The notes: generated by a model from the letters alone, not told the origin. Shown: positions 50,407 through 61,518, counted from the stretch's first letter. The stretch is DNA of 64,000 nt from Bdellovibrionales bacterium (GCA_965199825.1 OZ241329.1:1-64000); one strand, 5' to 3'. Numbers and translations: made by a program.

Positions 50407-51557
50407 TGTTCTGAGACTTTCTGGGCTTCAGACTTTGCGCGCTCGACCAACGCACTCAATCCAATTTGACCTAAATAATTGCCGACCAAAAAAACATGAT
50501 CCGGCAGTCGAAGCCGGTCAAGCTCTTGTTCTAGAGTAATAGTGTAATGTGGGAGCGCTTGTGGCCAATAGTGCATCACAAACGAAAGAGGTTGGGCTTT
50601 ACTTCCAAAACAAATTTGGCGCTGTCTTAAAATCAAATCGAGAAGTTGATTTTGATTTAACTGTAAAATCTGTTGATGCCCATATCCGCCAAGAATCCAA
50701 GTTTCTGACCAACACTCCGAACGATTTTCAAAAATACATTCGTTAAGCAAAACTCCGCGCACATCACTACTTGGAGAAAACAAAACCCCAAAGCCTTCGG
50801 GTCGATCACAATTTTCTCTTTTAAAAAACAATGTCGCCGAAACCAAACCCAAAATTTCAACTTTTTCTAAAAGCTGAGGAATCAGTTTTTGTGCCGAATA
50901 TAAGTCGGTGGCAACAACCTGAAGCCCTTGAGGTTCAATCGCTAAAACTTTTTGGTTGTGGATCGGAATACCGCTCCCAACCAAATAGGCTTTGAGTGCT
51001 TCAATAAATGCGCCCATACCTTCGCGCGGTGCGACCGTGTGAAGCCGTCGCGCTTTTGTTTTAAACAATTTTTTTAAGAGTAAACTTGCGCTCAATTCTT
51101 GGGTGTTGCCGGCGTAAATTCCCTGCACGGCCGTACTTACTATTTTTTTGAAAGTGACAAGACCAAAAGTACGAACAGTCCACTGTTTTAAAGTTTCGTT
51201 TGGTCGGGGCTCGTAGTTTTTTTTAAAAATCAAAAATCGCAAAAGCTTAATAGCGAAAATTAAACTTTGCCAAACTGTGAGGGGCCAACGGGTTAAACGG
51301 TGATAAAAAAAATAGCGTTTTCGCGATTCTCTTAATGTCGCACACAGCTCAATATTGATCTCACGAGCAAGCTCGAGCACCGCATCGCTATCTAAAAATC
51401 CATTGGCCGCGGTTTCGACCAAACCGTGTGCGGTTTTCTTGGTTTGGATCAGGCCTTCACCGTCGGCAAAGATCTCAACCGGAATTCCAAGCTTGTGGAG
51501 ATAAAACGCGACCGACAAACCAGAGATCCCTGCCCCGATCACTTTGACAGGTGTCAT
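50388..51557 (-). CDS. hemY: Protoporphyrinogen oxidase (HemY-type flavoprotein)
   Basis: IGAGISGL, GIYAG, GFGVL, W.QALPHY, GNYLG.IG. Confidence 0.85.
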   Translation of the reverse strand: MTPVKVIGAGISGLSVAFYLHKLGIPVEIFADGEGLIQTKKTAHGLVETAANGFLDSDAVLELAREINIELCATLRESRKRYFFYHRLTRWPLTVWQSLIFAIKLLRFLIFKKNYEPRPNETLKQWTVRTFGLVTFKKIVSTAVQGIYAGNTQELSASLLLKKLFKTKARRLHTVAPREGMGAFIEALKAYLVGSGIPIHNQKVLAIEPQGLQVVATDLYSAQKLIPQLLEKVEILGLVSATLFFKRENCDRPEGFGVLFSPSSDVRGVLLNECIFENRSECWSETWILGGYGHQQILQLNQNQLLDLILRQRQICFGSKAQPLSFVMHYWPQALPHYTITLEQELDRLRLPDHVFLVGNYLGQIGLSALVERAKSEAQKVSEQWHKKS

Positions 51558-52906
51558 AGTGAACGCGAAAAAACGCTAGAGTTGGGCTTGGCCGATCGCA
51601 GTCGTAGATCGAGCGCCATACAGGCATTGCGCAAAAAGGGTTTTCCACGCTCGGTGATTGAGAGCTCTTTTCCTCGGACATGAACCAGATCATCTTCGAT
51701 CAGTTCTTTCAGATAATTTTCGATATCGTGGGCAATCTCTTCGCTTGGAAGTTCCACCCGCATTTGGGTCATAAATTTCAAGATCAATTGGCGCTGGGTT
51801 CGATCTTCTTCGGTCAACAAGTGACCACGCAATGTGGGAATCAGATTTTCGCCAATCTTACGCTCATAAATGGGCAAAACTTTTTCGTTTTGATGAAAGC
51901 AAGTTGGACTTTCCGAAATGCTGCTCACCCCAAGACCCAATAAAATATCGGTGCGTTGATCGGTGTAGCCCATAAAATTGCGATGCAGTTTTTTTTGTTG
52001 GTGAGCTTTGTAGAGCTCGTCTTTTTCGAGAGCAAAATGATCCATCCCAATCTCGTGATAGCCTGCCTGCGTGAGAGTGTCGTAGGCGACTTCGTAAAGC
52101 TCGCGTTTGAGATCCCCTACAGGAACATCTTCATCTTTGAACAAACGCTGTGCCGGCCTAATCCAAGGCACCATCGCAAAACTGTAAAGAGCAATCCGAT
52201 CGGGACGAAGTTCAATAGTTTGTTGTGCTGTTTTTAAAAAGGCTTCTTTATTTTGTTTAGGTAAACCATAAATCAAATCGTAATTGACCGAATCATATCC
52301 AATTTGGCGTGCCTCATCGGTCACCTTTTTGGTGAGTTCATAGGGCTGCACCCGATTAACAATCTTTTGGACTTCGGGATTAAAATCTTGCACGCCCAAA
52401 CTAATCCTTCGAAATCCCACACCATACAGAGCCTCGAGCTGATCTTTAGTCGTTCTTCGTGGATCGACCTCTACCGAGCCTTCAAAATTTTTATCTAAAC
52501 CAGAAATATTTGATAATAATTTTGAAACCATAAGCTCAAGCTGTTGAGCTGAGAGAAATGTTGGAGTCCCCCCGCCCAAATGAATTTGCTTAAGAGGAGC
52601 TTTTTTAAATTGCCCCACCTGATCGCAATACAGACTAAACTCTTTTAAAATTGTTTTGACGTAAGGCACTTCGACTTGGTGATTGCGTGTGATAATGGTG
52701 TTGCAACCACAAAAGGTGCATAACGATTCACAAAATGGAATATGCAAATACAGCGACCAAGAGGTCGATGGATTTTCGAACGCCTGATTGAGCGACTGGA
52801 TCCACTCCTCTGTGGTTGGGGAATGCGACCAATAAGGAACAGTGGGATAACTGGTATAGCGCGGAGCTTGAATATCATACTTTTTAAGCAGCGCATGATC
52901 GGTCAT
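51554..52906 (-). CDS. hemN: Oxygen-independent coproporphyrinogen III oxidase
   Basis: PRYTSYP, CESLCTFC, GGGTP, RNFMGY. Confidence 0.95.
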   Translation of the reverse strand: MTDHALLKKYDIQAPRYTSYPTVPYWSHSPTTEEWIQSLNQAFENPSTSWSLYLHIPFCESLCTFCGCNTIITRNHQVEVPYVKTILKEFSLYCDQVGQFKKAPLKQIHLGGGTPTFLSAQQLELMVSKLLSNISGLDKNFEGSVEVDPRRTTKDQLEALYGVGFRRISLGVQDFNPEVQKIVNRVQPYELTKKVTDEARQIGYDSVNYDLIYGLPKQNKEAFLKTAQQTIELRPDRIALYSFAMVPWIRPAQRLFKDEDVPVGDLKRELYEVAYDTLTQAGYHEIGMDHFALEKDELYKAHQQKKLHRNFMGYTDQRTDILLGLGVSSISESPTCFHQNEKVLPIYERKIGENLIPTLRGHLLTEEDRTQRQLILKFMTQMRVELPSEEIAHDIENYLKELIEDDLVHVRGKELSITERGKPFLRNACMALDLRLRSAKPNSSVFSRSL

Positions 52907-53904
52907 CTTAAAACCTCACGGGCATAGTCGACAAAAAGTTTGACGTTGCGCTCTGGAGTTTGTGGCAGAACGCCGTGACCTAAGCCGCAGATGTAGCCGT
53001 TGCGCTCTTCGACACTTAATTCTTTGAGTGGAGCAAAATAATTTTTTAGCGCGGGCTTTAAATCATCCATAAACAAAAGAGATTGATCGAAATTTCCTTG
53101 CACAAAACCTTGATGCTTCGATTTTAATCGATCAGCAAGATCCCAGCGATGATCATAACCACGGCCCAAAAACCCGGTGACCGCCTCAAAGTGACTGTGA
53201 GTCGCCCCTTTGGCGTAGTATCCCAATTGTCCAGGGTAGGCCTTTGCAATCTCATTGAGGTGAGGAGCTACCGTGTCTTTAAAATCGAGTGCCGAGAGCT
53301 CACCCGCAGCCGTGTCAAAGAGCATCACAACCTCTGCCCCATTTGAAAGTTGCAGTTTGATATTTGCAATCAATAGCGGCACAAGGATTTTGGCAAATTC
53401 CTTATAAAGTCCAAGCTGAGTTTTGGCCGCAATCAAATTGCCTTTATGAGCCCCTTCAACCGCATAGGTAAAAAGAGTCCACGGTCCACCCACAAAACCG
53501 ATTAAACTTTTATTGTTTGGAAGTCTTTGGCGTGTGGCTTTGACCGCCTCACCTTGAAAATGCAATTTGGGCAAGGCCTCCTCAATAGGTTTAAGATCTT
53601 TTAGGTTTGAAGGATTGAGCCTCCAAGCCAGTGCGGGTGCGGGATTATAGGTGAGACCCATACCGAGAGCTTCAAGCGGAAAAAGCAAATCAGAAAACAA
53701 AATCGAAACATCAAAATCAAAATCTTTGATTGGGCCCATTGCGGTTTCGGCCGCAAGTTCTGGCTCTTTACACAGCTGCATAAAGGAATATTTTTGTTTT
53801 AGATCTTGATAGTGATGATGATACCGCCCTGCTTGGCGCATAAACCAAATTGGTGGGGTGGCCTGAGTTTGAGATTTTAATGCATTTTGAAAAAGCTGAT
53901 TCAT
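52903..53904 (-). CDS. hemE: Uroporphyrinogen decarboxylase
   Basis: PIWFMRQAGRY, FSD, LGHGV. Confidence 0.95.
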   Translation of the reverse strand: MNQLFQNALKSQTQATPPIWFMRQAGRYHHHYQDLKQKYSFMQLCKEPELAAETAMGPIKDFDFDVSILFSDLLFPLEALGMGLTYNPAPALAWRLNPSNLKDLKPIEEALPKLHFQGEAVKATRQRLPNNKSLIGFVGGPWTLFTYAVEGAHKGNLIAAKTQLGLYKEFAKILVPLLIANIKLQLSNGAEVVMLFDTAAGELSALDFKDTVAPHLNEIAKAYPGQLGYYAKGATHSHFEAVTGFLGRGYDHRWDLADRLKSKHQGFVQGNFDQSLLFMDDLKPALKNYFAPLKELSVEERNGYICGLGHGVLPQTPERNVKLFVDYAREVLR

Positions 53905-54566
53905 TTGGGTCCTTCCCATTGATAACCAATTCCTCTAACAGAACGGATCGCGCGCCCAGCATTGAGGCCGAGCACTTGGCGCAATCGAAGAATGGCATTG
54001 TCCACTGTGCGATTTGTGGGAAATTTGTCATGCCCCCACACCTCGTCTAAAATTTCGTCGCGACTTAAAACTTTGGGTGATGAGGTGATCAAAAATTTTA
54101 AGATCTCCATATCTTTAAATGGAATCGCCTCAGATTTTCCATCATCAAACCGCAAGCGGCAGGCGCCAAATTCGATCGAGACATCCTCGATATGTAGATC
54201 ATCTTTTGCCCGATGATTTTGCAGCACATGATTCACCCGGAGCAAAAGTTCTTTGAGGTGAAAGGGCTTCGGAATATATTCCTCGCATCCCATCTCGTAG
54301 CCCTTGAGGCGAGCCTCAGCATGGCTTTGGGCGGTCACAAAAATAAAAGGCGCCGAGGTTTTTGAGCGAATTTGTTTTGCCAAATCAAAACCCGAACCAT
54401 CGGGCAATCCCACATCAAGTATAAATAAATCATATTGATCAAGGACTTGGGCTAAAGCCTCATGTATGGTTTCCGACTTAAAAACCGAATAGCCTTCGCG
54501 CTCAAGACGTTCTTTTAAAGTTGACCCCAAGCTTTGATCATCTTCGACCAGCATCAATTGAGTCAT
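53901..54566 (-). CDS. OmpR/PhoB-family response regulator
   Basis: LVEDD, LDVGLPDG, KPF, RTVD, VRGIGY. Confidence 0.93.
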   Translation of the reverse strand: MTQLMLVEDDQSLGSTLKERLEREGYSVFKSETIHEALAQVLDQYDLFILDVGLPDGSGFDLAKQIRSKTSAPFIFVTAQSHAEARLKGYEMGCEEYIPKPFHLKELLLRVNHVLQNHRAKDDLHIEDVSIEFGACRLRFDDGKSEAIPFKDMEILKFLITSSPKVLSRDEILDEVWGHDKFPTNRTVDNAILRLRQVLGLNAGRAIRSVRGIGYQWEGPK

Positions 54567-55435
54567 AAAGTAACACCCGAGAGTTCGAGCTCAAAGACCA
54601 AAGACTTTTCGCGCAATTCAAAATTGAGCAGACCATTCATTTTTTTAGCTAACGACTTTGCGATATGAAGCCCGAGTCCACTGCCACTGCTCGTGGTGTG
54701 GCGAAAAAACGGCTCGGTGAGTTTTTTAAAATCTCCGTTGAAGCCATTGCCATTATCAGAAATCTCAAGAGCGATTTTTTGATTCTGCTTTTGTTTTGGT
54801 AAAATTTTAATTGCACTCGCCTTGCCGTGAATAATGGCGTTTTGAATAATATTTGAAAGCAAATTTTTAAGTGCCCGCTCGTCGGCTTCAACCACACAGT
54901 TTTTGGCCAGTTGGATTTGGGTTTGGGGCCACTGATATGAGAGGCTTTGAACTAATTTTGAAAGCTCCAAGGATTCCAAAATCACTCCGCTGCGCTCGGG
55001 ACTTGCAACCATCAAACTATTTTCAAGTTTCAATTGCAGTCGAACCGTATCGGCAACTAAGCGATCAAGAACGGTCATTGAGGGGTGATCAAAATCTTCT
55101 TTAAGGCTTTCGGCTTGAAGCCTCAGACTTGCAAGTGCGGTTTTCATATCATGCGAAAAGGCGGCAAAAAATTCTTTGAGTCGTCCGCCCTCGCGCTCTT
55201 GTTTGATCACCAAAAACAAAAGGGTCACGCCGGAAGCCACAAGCAAAATAATCCAGCTAATACCTTCGCTCACCAGCATATGTTTTTGCCTGGTAAATTC
55301 GGCATGGGCTTGGGGATTATAATGGGCAAGCTTTTCGATTTGCGAAAGTCCAAGGGTCATCCACCATCCCGCAAGCGAGAGTGTTAAAAGAAGCCAAAGA
55401 CTGATGAGTATCAATTTCCAATTAAGCTTTTTCAT
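54563..55435 (-). CDS. Sensor histidine kinase
   Basis: Two TM segments; SHDMKT, NAIIH, DNG.G, GSGLGL. Confidence 0.92.
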   Translation of the reverse strand: MKKLNWKLILISLWLLLTLSLAGWWMTLGLSQIEKLAHYNPQAHAEFTRQKHMLVSEGISWIILLVASGVTLLFLVIKQEREGGRLKEFFAAFSHDMKTALASLRLQAESLKEDFDHPSMTVLDRLVADTVRLQLKLENSLMVASPERSGVILESLELSKLVQSLSYQWPQTQIQLAKNCVVEADERALKNLLSNIIQNAIIHGKASAIKILPKQKQNQKIALEISDNGNGFNGDFKKLTEPFFRHTTSSGSGLGLHIAKSLAKKMNGLLNFELREKSLVFELELSGVTL

Positions 55436-56714
55436 AAACGGCTGTGAAAGCCTCTTTGATACCTTTTATTGATTGTTCTAAAATTGAATCGGTATGGGCC
55501 ATGGACATAAATCCGACTTCGTACCCGCTGGGAGCCAAAAATATTTTTTGTTTTAGCAATTGATGAAAAAACTTTTTAAAACTCTCGGCATGACCCTTAG
55601 GAATTTGATCAAGCCTGCGTATGGTCTCATTTGTTTTTGAGTGAAACCAAAATAGACTCGCGTAACTTGAGATATCCATCGGAAAACTTTTTTTGGTTAA
55701 AAAATCCTGAATTTCATTACGAAACATTTCGGTTTTTTTCTCTAAAATTTCGTACGCATTGACCCGCTTGATTTTTTCTAATGTAGCCAGCCCTGCACGC
55801 ATCCCAATCGGATTTGCACTCAATGTGCCCGCTTGATAGACCGATCCCTCAGGCGCAACCAAAGACATCAGATCTTGTCGACCGCCGTACGCCCCTACCG
55901 CTAAACCGCCGCCTAAAATTTTTCCGTAGGTCACAAGATCGGGTGTGATATTGAGGCGCTCGGCCATGCCCCCAAGTGCGGTGCGAAAACCAGAAATCAC
56001 TTCGTCAAAGATCACCAACGCTTGAGATTTTTTAGCGGCTTGAACCGCTTTTTTTATAAACTCTTCGCGTTGAACCAATAAGCCATAATTTGCGGGCAAG
56101 GGTTCAAGAATAATTGCGGCAACAGTATGACCATGTTCAGTAAAAAATTTTTCGAGTGTGGCTTCATCATCCAAAGGGAGCACATGCGTGGTTGAGGCAA
56201 ACTCAGCAGGAACTCCTAGAGAGTCCGATGCCGCCTCACCCGCAAGACCGCTTCCGGCTTTGACCAAGAGCGAGTCGACATGACCATGATAGCAACCTTC
56301 GAATTTCACAATTCGGGTTCGGCCCGTGGCACCGCGCGCGACCCTTAAAGCACTCATCACCGCCTCAGTGCCTGAACAAACAAATCTTATTTTTTCGACA
56401 TGAGGAACATTTTTTGTAACCCATTCTGCAAGTTCAAGTGAATAGGGCTCGCATGTGCCAAACGCCCACGCGGTATCTACCGCCTCATGCAGCACCGAGG
56501 ACACATCGGGATCGCGATGGCCCAAAATATGTGGACCAAATCCCATACAAAAATCGATATAGGTCTCACCCTCCACCGATGTGAGCTGAGCGCCCTTTGC
56601 CGACTTAAAAAAGATGGGTGTACCACCCACACTTTTAAAAGCACGAACGGGTGAGTGCACCCCACCGGGGGCAACTTTTTTGGATCGTTCAAAAAGTTCG
56701 GCTGAATTCATCAT
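55422..56714 (-). CDS. hemL: Glutamate-1-semialdehyde 2,1-aminomutase
   Basis: [35 protein letters not shown]. Confidence 0.96.
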   Translation of the reverse strand: MMNSAELFERSKKVAPGGVHSPVRAFKSVGGTPIFFKSAKGAQLTSVEGETYIDFCMGFGPHILGHRDPDVSSVLHEAVDTAWAFGTCEPYSLELAEWVTKNVPHVEKIRFVCSGTEAVMSALRVARGATGRTRIVKFEGCYHGHVDSLLVKAGSGLAGEAASDSLGVPAEFASTTHVLPLDDEATLEKFFTEHGHTVAAIILEPLPANYGLLVQREEFIKKAVQAAKKSQALVIFDEVISGFRTALGGMAERLNITPDLVTYGKILGGGLAVGAYGGRQDLMSLVAPEGSVYQAGTLSANPIGMRAGLATLEKIKRVNAYEILEKKTEMFRNEIQDFLTKKSFPMDISSYASLFWFHSKTNETIRRLDQIPKGHAESFKKFFHQLLKQKIFLAPSGYEVGFMSMAHTDSILEQSIKGIKEAFTAVYEKA

Positions 56715-56721
56715 TCCTCTT

Positions 56722-58218
56722 TCATATGTTGTCTGAAAGGCTGTGTTCAAGACTTAAAAATATCTGAAATTGAGCATCACCCGTGAGGCGCCGCTGGACC
56801 GTCTCAGAGGTGAGCCCAGGCCCACAGGCATGAAATCCTCTCGAGCAAAGACTCGGGTCAAGTTCCAATGCCCGCTCAAATTGGCTTCCACTCATCCAAT
56901 AAAAATGAGTCTTTTTGGAAAAATCAAAAGGTCCATTTTGTTTTAATTTATAAGTTGGAACCACCGAGTAATTTTGTTTATGAGAGCCGGTATGGGTGAG
57001 CTTGATCCAATCTATATTTTTACCCGCCAAATGATCAATATGGGGCAATTCCCGCTCACCCAAAGAATCGGCAGACCCATGCACCCAAAAACCTCGCCCG
57101 GCTAAAGCTGCCCAAGTTTTTATCCCAGCAGTCCAAATATAACCAGCGTCGGTCGGACTCATATCCATGGGGACCGAACTTTCGCGCGCCACCCACCAAT
57201 CTTTTTTTAAACCTATTTTATTTATAACTGCTGAGCGATCAAAAAGTTCGCGTTCAAACAATCGCTCATGCCGGTTGGGAAAAAATTGTGATAGCTCTGC
57301 CGGTGGCTGCCAATTTCCCTGAGAAATTAATTTTCGCGAATCGAGCAACTCGCCCGCTTGAGTTTCACCTTGGATAAATTGAATCTCGCCAAAAGAGCGA
57401 TGAAGCACACTGATCCCAATTTTTTGATGGCAGCCACCGCCATAGCTTTTTAAAATATTTCGCTCGGCTGTGGCCTCGTCAAAAGTTTGAACATGATTGA
57501 TTGATGCTAAAATTTTTAAAATTTGGGCGTCATTGCTTCGCGCTTCTATGGCAAGAGCACCTTGGGCCGCAGCAGTAGGACAAACAGAAAGAGGCCACAC
57601 CTGAAACTCGCACTGATCCATTAGCGATCGGACTTTTGTTTTTACCTCATGATATTCAAGATGGTCTGAGGACAAAAATCGATCCAAGGCCGCTTTTGCC
57701 ACAAATAAAATATCACCGTCACCCGCAATCAATTTTTCGATACGTGTGGGAACATTTCCCCTCACCGCGGCATACTGGATATTGTCCACTTGCCATGGAA
57801 GACTTTTTTTTAAAAATTTACTCGCCCCAAAAACTCGCCGTGGGGACGAGGTCAAAATAGTTAATGATGACGAGCGTTTTTCAAAAGTTTTTTTGGTCAT
57901 CAGCAAAACGTCTCTGCTATCTTCGCGCTCTAGCGTTGCCGCCACTCTTGTGTGCTCACGCATTTCGACCGGCAAATCTTTCCACGAGTGCACCACAAGA
58001 TCGCATTCCCCTCGAACCAAATCATTGTAAAAATCTTCGGTAAATACCCCTTTGGATTCAGATTGCCAGAGGGGAATATGAGCGTTTTGATCTCCTAAAG
58101 AAGATTTAAAAATAAAGTCCAATTGAAGGTGTGGATTTTTTTTTAAGAGAGCATTCCCCACCGTATGCGCTTGCAGACGTGCAAGCTCGCTCTTTCGCGA
58201 GGCAATTCTTAGGCGCAC
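56722..58218 (-). CDS. hemC: Porphobilinogen deaminase with a C-terminal HemD-like extension
   Basis: [30 protein letters not shown]; about 190 extra residues including Y and CGPG.T motifs. Confidence 0.88.
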   Translation of the reverse strand: MRLRIASRKSELARLQAHTVGNALLKKNPHLQLDFIFKSSLGDQNAHIPLWQSESKGVFTEDFYNDLVRGECDLVVHSWKDLPVEMREHTRVAATLEREDSRDVLLMTKKTFEKRSSSLTILTSSPRRVFGASKFLKKSLPWQVDNIQYAAVRGNVPTRIEKLIAGDGDILFVAKAALDRFLSSDHLEYHEVKTKVRSLMDQCEFQVWPLSVCPTAAAQGALAIEARSNDAQILKILASINHVQTFDEATAERNILKSYGGGCHQKIGISVLHRSFGEIQFIQGETQAGELLDSRKLISQGNWQPPAELSQFFPNRHERLFERELFDRSAVINKIGLKKDWWVARESSVPMDMSPTDAGYIWTAGIKTWAALAGRGFWVHGSADSLGERELPHIDHLAGKNIDWIKLTHTGSHKQNYSVVPTYKLKQNGPFDFSKKTHFYWMSGSQFERALELDPSLCSRGFHACGPGLTSETVQRRLTGDAQFQIFLSLEHSLSDNI

Positions 58219-59048
58219 AGATCATCCCATCCGAAAGGTCGGATAAGACGACGAGAAAATCGGACTTCAGCCGCTTGATCAATTGCCCTTTTGGCTTGTC
58301 TTGCAAGCTTAAGACGTTTTTTTAAACCTTGATCAACTTGAGAAAATGCATCTTTAAGACAATAAAACTCAACCCCATTGATCAGACTTTGATTTTCACC
58401 TTCGCGAAAATCAATCACCGTTTTAAATTGGCAATCATTGCGCGCAATCCAATCCAAAAGTTCTTGATTTGAAAGTGGGGCTGCGATGATCAACGCCCCA
58501 CCCAATTTTTGATTGGGTTCAGATAACGAAACAACTTGGCCTTTAAGAACCTCTTTCGCTTTTTCAGTTGAGCGCACATGTGAGGTGAGAGTCTCAACAC
58601 TTTTCATCATCCAAGGATTGATCTCTTGAGCCAAATGCCCACCGCCAATCACATGCACCGCATTTTGACCTTTGCACCAGCGACGAGCAAGACTCGCATA
58701 ACTTTGCGATCCAAAATTTTTGAGATATTGATTGCGAACCGCCTTTGCGTCCACCCACAAATGGTGAATAAACTTACCAAACGGATTTTCTAAACCGACC
58801 TGCTCCATAAACAATTTAAATTGACCCATCACTTCGGTTTCGCCGAGCAAAGAAGATTTAAGTCCACAGATTATTTGGAGCAAAAACTGATACGCCGATT
58901 GATCACTATAAAATTCGGTAGCAGAGCTAGGCTGATGAATCGTAAATGTAATTTCACGAAGACATGTCGCCCACCTTAGATCGCCAGGTTGGAGCGGAGC
59001 CGACTGACAGGGTTTTGTTTGATGAATCACAAAAAGACGGATTGCCAT
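58209..59048 (-). CDS. hemA: Short glutamyl-tRNA reductase-like protein
   Basis: TCLR (variant of TCNR), GLKS..LGETEVMGQ, IGGGH; first gene of the hem operon. Confidence 0.78.
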   Translation of the reverse strand: MAIRLFVIHQTKPCQSAPLQPGDLRWATCLREITFTIHQPSSATEFYSDQSAYQFLLQIICGLKSSLLGETEVMGQFKLFMEQVGLENPFGKFIHHLWVDAKAVRNQYLKNFGSQSYASLARRWCKGQNAVHVIGGGHLAQEINPWMMKSVETLTSHVRSTEKAKEVLKGQVVSLSEPNQKLGGALIIAAPLSNQELLDWIARNDCQFKTVIDFREGENQSLINGVEFYCLKDAFSQVDQGLKKRLKLARQAKRAIDQAAEVRFSRRLIRPFGWDDLCA

Positions 59049-59081
59049 AACTGAGAATTTTAAGTCTTTTTGGCAAGGTTT

Positions 59082-59100
59082 ATGTCACATAAATGTCACA
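59082..59100. promoter_or_regulatory. Direct repeat ATGTCACA-N3-ATGTCACA (OmpR/PhoB-type box) upstream of hemA
   Basis: Perfect 8-bp repeat with an 11-bp period. Confidence 0.65.
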
Positions 59101-59102
59101 AC

Positions 59103-60146
59103 TTAGGTGCGCAGTGGCAACAACAGACTAAATGTGGTCCCATGAACCGGAGTGCTGGTGATCTCGATTTGGCCCCCATGGGCTTGGACAATTCCTTTCA
59201 CCAGCGGAAGTCCAAGGCCCCATCCGTTTGGATCGGTGCGACCGGCTCGATAAAAGGGTTCAAACAAAGCCCCTTGATCACTAAGGGCGATCGGCTCACC
59301 TTTGTTGTGAACCGAAAGTTTCACGATCGAATCCATCTGGGCCAACGTCACCCGAATTTCACCTTTGGGCTCGCCGTACTTAAACGCGTTGGTCAAAAGA
59401 TTTTCGAGGGCTCGGCGCATCCCCTCCTCGCTCCAAATTCCGATGAGCTTCTCAGGAATCTCCAGCCGAACGCGCTCCACATTGTAAGCGCGCAACTCCT
59501 CCACCGTTTTTTTGATAACCACAACAAGATCGCAGGTTTTAAAATTAAGATTCAAAATATGGCCGGCACGCATACGTCCAAGATCGAGGAGTGTTTCGAT
59601 CAGTTGATCTGCACGATCTAGACTTTCGATGGCACGCCCAGAAAATCGATTTTGGGTTTCGGGAGCCATTTGATACCTGAGCGACATTTGTATCGACATC
59701 TTGGCCGCCGCCAATGGATTTCGAATATCGTGGGAGACCATCAAGAGCATGCGCTCCATCGTTTTTGCCACATCCTCGGCATGACGTCGCGCCATTAAAA
59801 GCTGGCGAATCGAGAGTCTTAACGAAGCCGATAAAATGCTCACCGCAAGACCAAAGGCACATATAATATAAAGATTATGAAAACTCTCAGGAGTTAAAAG
59901 AACCGTTCCGAAAGGCTCGAGAAAAAAATAATCGGTAAGGACTACCAGCACCACAGTCGCGATCAGTCCGAGCCACCACCCGGCGAGCAATGTAATCAAA
60001 AAAATAACGATAATGGTGACTAATGGAAAATAGATCCCTGTTTCAGACTTCATCAGCCCGGTGAGCAAAAGCCCGAAAACCAAAGTCAAAAAAGCTAAAA
60101 AGTTACGAATCCAATAAGAATGGGGAGAAAAAAACTTTTCCCACAT
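59103..60146 (-). CDS. Sensor histidine kinase with DUF4118-like TM domain
   Basis: DYFFLEP, SHDIRNP, NAFKY, GWGLGL; start uncertain (60146 or 60209). Confidence 0.88.
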   Translation of the reverse strand: MWEKFFSPHSYWIRNFLAFLTLVFGLLLTGLMKSETGIYFPLVTIIVIFLITLLAGWWLGLIATVVLVVLTDYFFLEPFGTVLLTPESFHNLYIICAFGLAVSILSASLRLSIRQLLMARRHAEDVAKTMERMLLMVSHDIRNPLAAAKMSIQMSLRYQMAPETQNRFSGRAIESLDRADQLIETLLDLGRMRAGHILNLNFKTCDLVVVIKKTVEELRAYNVERVRLEIPEKLIGIWSEEGMRRALENLLTNAFKYGEPKGEIRVTLAQMDSIVKLSVHNKGEPIALSDQGALFEPFYRAGRTDPNGWGLGLPLVKGIVQAHGGQIEITSTPVHGTTFSLLLPLRT

Positions 60147-60236
60147 CGTGATGATGACGAGTTCAAGTTGTGGCTTAGAAGGTAAATGGTTTTCCAACAG
60201 AGAAGGCATTGCGCCATTTTTAACTACGGATCAATC

Positions 60237-60273
60237 AAAAAAAAATCACGGAGCGCAATACGCACTCCGTGAT
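60237..60273 (-). terminator. Intrinsic terminator of the DUF1328 operon
   Basis: ATCACGGAG...CTCCGTGAT stem followed by a long T-run on the minus strand. Confidence 0.8.
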
Positions 60274-60280
60274 CACATAA

Positions 60281-60910
60281 TTAGAGCTCGAGAGGGAACG
60301 AGAAGCTAGCAACCCAAGTATTTTGGTGAAGCTTTACACTAGTAAAATCTGATCCAGGATTAAATGATCCGATGGATTGAGCAGTCATGGTTCCATAGCC
60401 CAATTCTTGATACTCAAGATTGATGCTAAATGCGCTTACGCGAAAACCTGCTCCAACACGGAAACCTTTGCCGTTAGAAAATTTAACGTCATAGTTGCCG
60501 CTCGCGTCGGGATCAAGTTCTGCATACGGAATATAAGATCCGTACACACGCAAACCAATTTCAGGCATTTGAATCCCTACAACTGGAGCAATTTGATAAG
60601 CCTTTGCTTGTGCATCGTATCCAACCGATGAATCGGTAAACTTAGGCATAGAATAACGAGCATCTGCCGCTACAAAAAACATTTCGTCGATATGGAAACC
60701 AACACGACCATAAACCCCAAAACCTTTTACATTGCCAGACGATGTATTAAAAGGTGATGGCCAATCCAGCGAAGTGCCGGCAGTTTCATATGTGATACCA
60801 GGTTCAACATAAAAACCACTTTTTGGTTGTCTGTATTCTTCACCCCAACCGAAAGCTAGAGTTCCTGCAGCAAGTAAGCTTGCTAAGATTGCATTTTTAA
60901 TTAAATTCAT
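60281..60910 (-). CDS. Outer membrane beta-barrel protein (small, OmpA/W-like)
   Basis: Signal peptide; GFYVEP...; amphipathic strands. Confidence 0.8.
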   Translation of the reverse strand: MNLIKNAILASLLAAGTLAFGWGEEYRQPKSGFYVEPGITYETAGTSLDWPSPFNTSSGNVKGFGVYGRVGFHIDEMFFVAADARYSMPKFTDSSVGYDAQAKAYQIAPVVGIQMPEIGLRVYGSYIPYAELDPDASGNYDVKFSNGKGFRVGAGFRVSAFSINLEYQELGYGTMTAQSIGSFNPGSDFTSVKLHQNTWVASFSFPLEL

Positions 60911-60922
60911 TTTCTATATCTC

Positions 60923-61159
60923 CTATTCAACTTTGTCTTTTACGTTCTCAATTTTATGCTTCACTTTTTTTGGTAAGCATTTTAATTTTCCATTTACAGT
61001 TTCGCAAGCTTTGTCGTCTGCAGCTCGAGCCTTTTCTTTGGCTTTTACTTTGACTTCTTTTGCAGCTTCTTTGACTGTTTCTGTGGCTTCTTCCATTGCT
61101 GATTCAGCAAAACTTCCGAAGCTCACGATAAGACCCAGAGCTAAAATCATATTTTTCAT
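60923..61159 (-). CDS. Small secreted Lys/Glu-rich protein
   Basis: AGGAG RBS; signal peptide; C-x8-C. Confidence 0.75.
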   Translation of the reverse strand: MKNMILALGLIVSFGSFAESAMEEATETVKEAAKEVKVKAKEKARAADDKACETVNGKLKCLPKKVKHKIENVKDKVE

Positions 61160-61170
61160 TCAATTCTCCT

Positions 61171-61356
61171 TTATGGTAAACGCTTAGTTGCTTTAGAACC
61201 CATTAGTAAGCTGCCAATCAACGAGATGGCAACAAGTGCTAAAAATATAAATAGCAATGTGCGACCGATTTCTACTGATAAGCCAGCAACTCCGTAAAGA
61301 CCAAAAACGTATGCAACAATTCCGATTAGGAAAAATCCAATCGATGCGCGAATCAT
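61171..61356 (-). CDS. DUF1328 (UPF0391) membrane protein
   Basis: MIRASIGFF...VFGL.GVAG.S..IG..L.FIFL. Confidence 0.85.
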   Translation of the reverse strand: MIRASIGFFLIGIVAYVFGLYGVAGLSVEIGRTLLFIFLALVAISLIGSLLMGSKATKRLP

Positions 61357-61403
61357 AGAAACTCCTTTATTTTAAATTTTTTTATCTCGCTCGGGAGTTG
61401 AAC

Positions 61404-61420
61404 TGCAAAGGGCGAACCTA
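61404..61420 (-). promoter_or_regulatory. Sigma54 promoter of the DUF1328 operon
   Basis: Minus strand TAGGTTCGCCCTTTGCA (GG-N10-GC). Confidence 0.6.
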
Positions 61421-61518
61421 CTAAAAACTCGATATTGGCCGCCAACAACTCCCTTATTGTACCAAAACGACAGGGCAGGAGTTCGCATTTTGAACGCGCG
61501 TTAAACAAATAAGATGCT

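Noticed and set aside
59070..59621. 183-aa plus-strand ORF, and the many other short antisense ORFs in the track
   Set aside because: Shadows of well-supported genes on the opposite strand or frame, with no motifs of their own.
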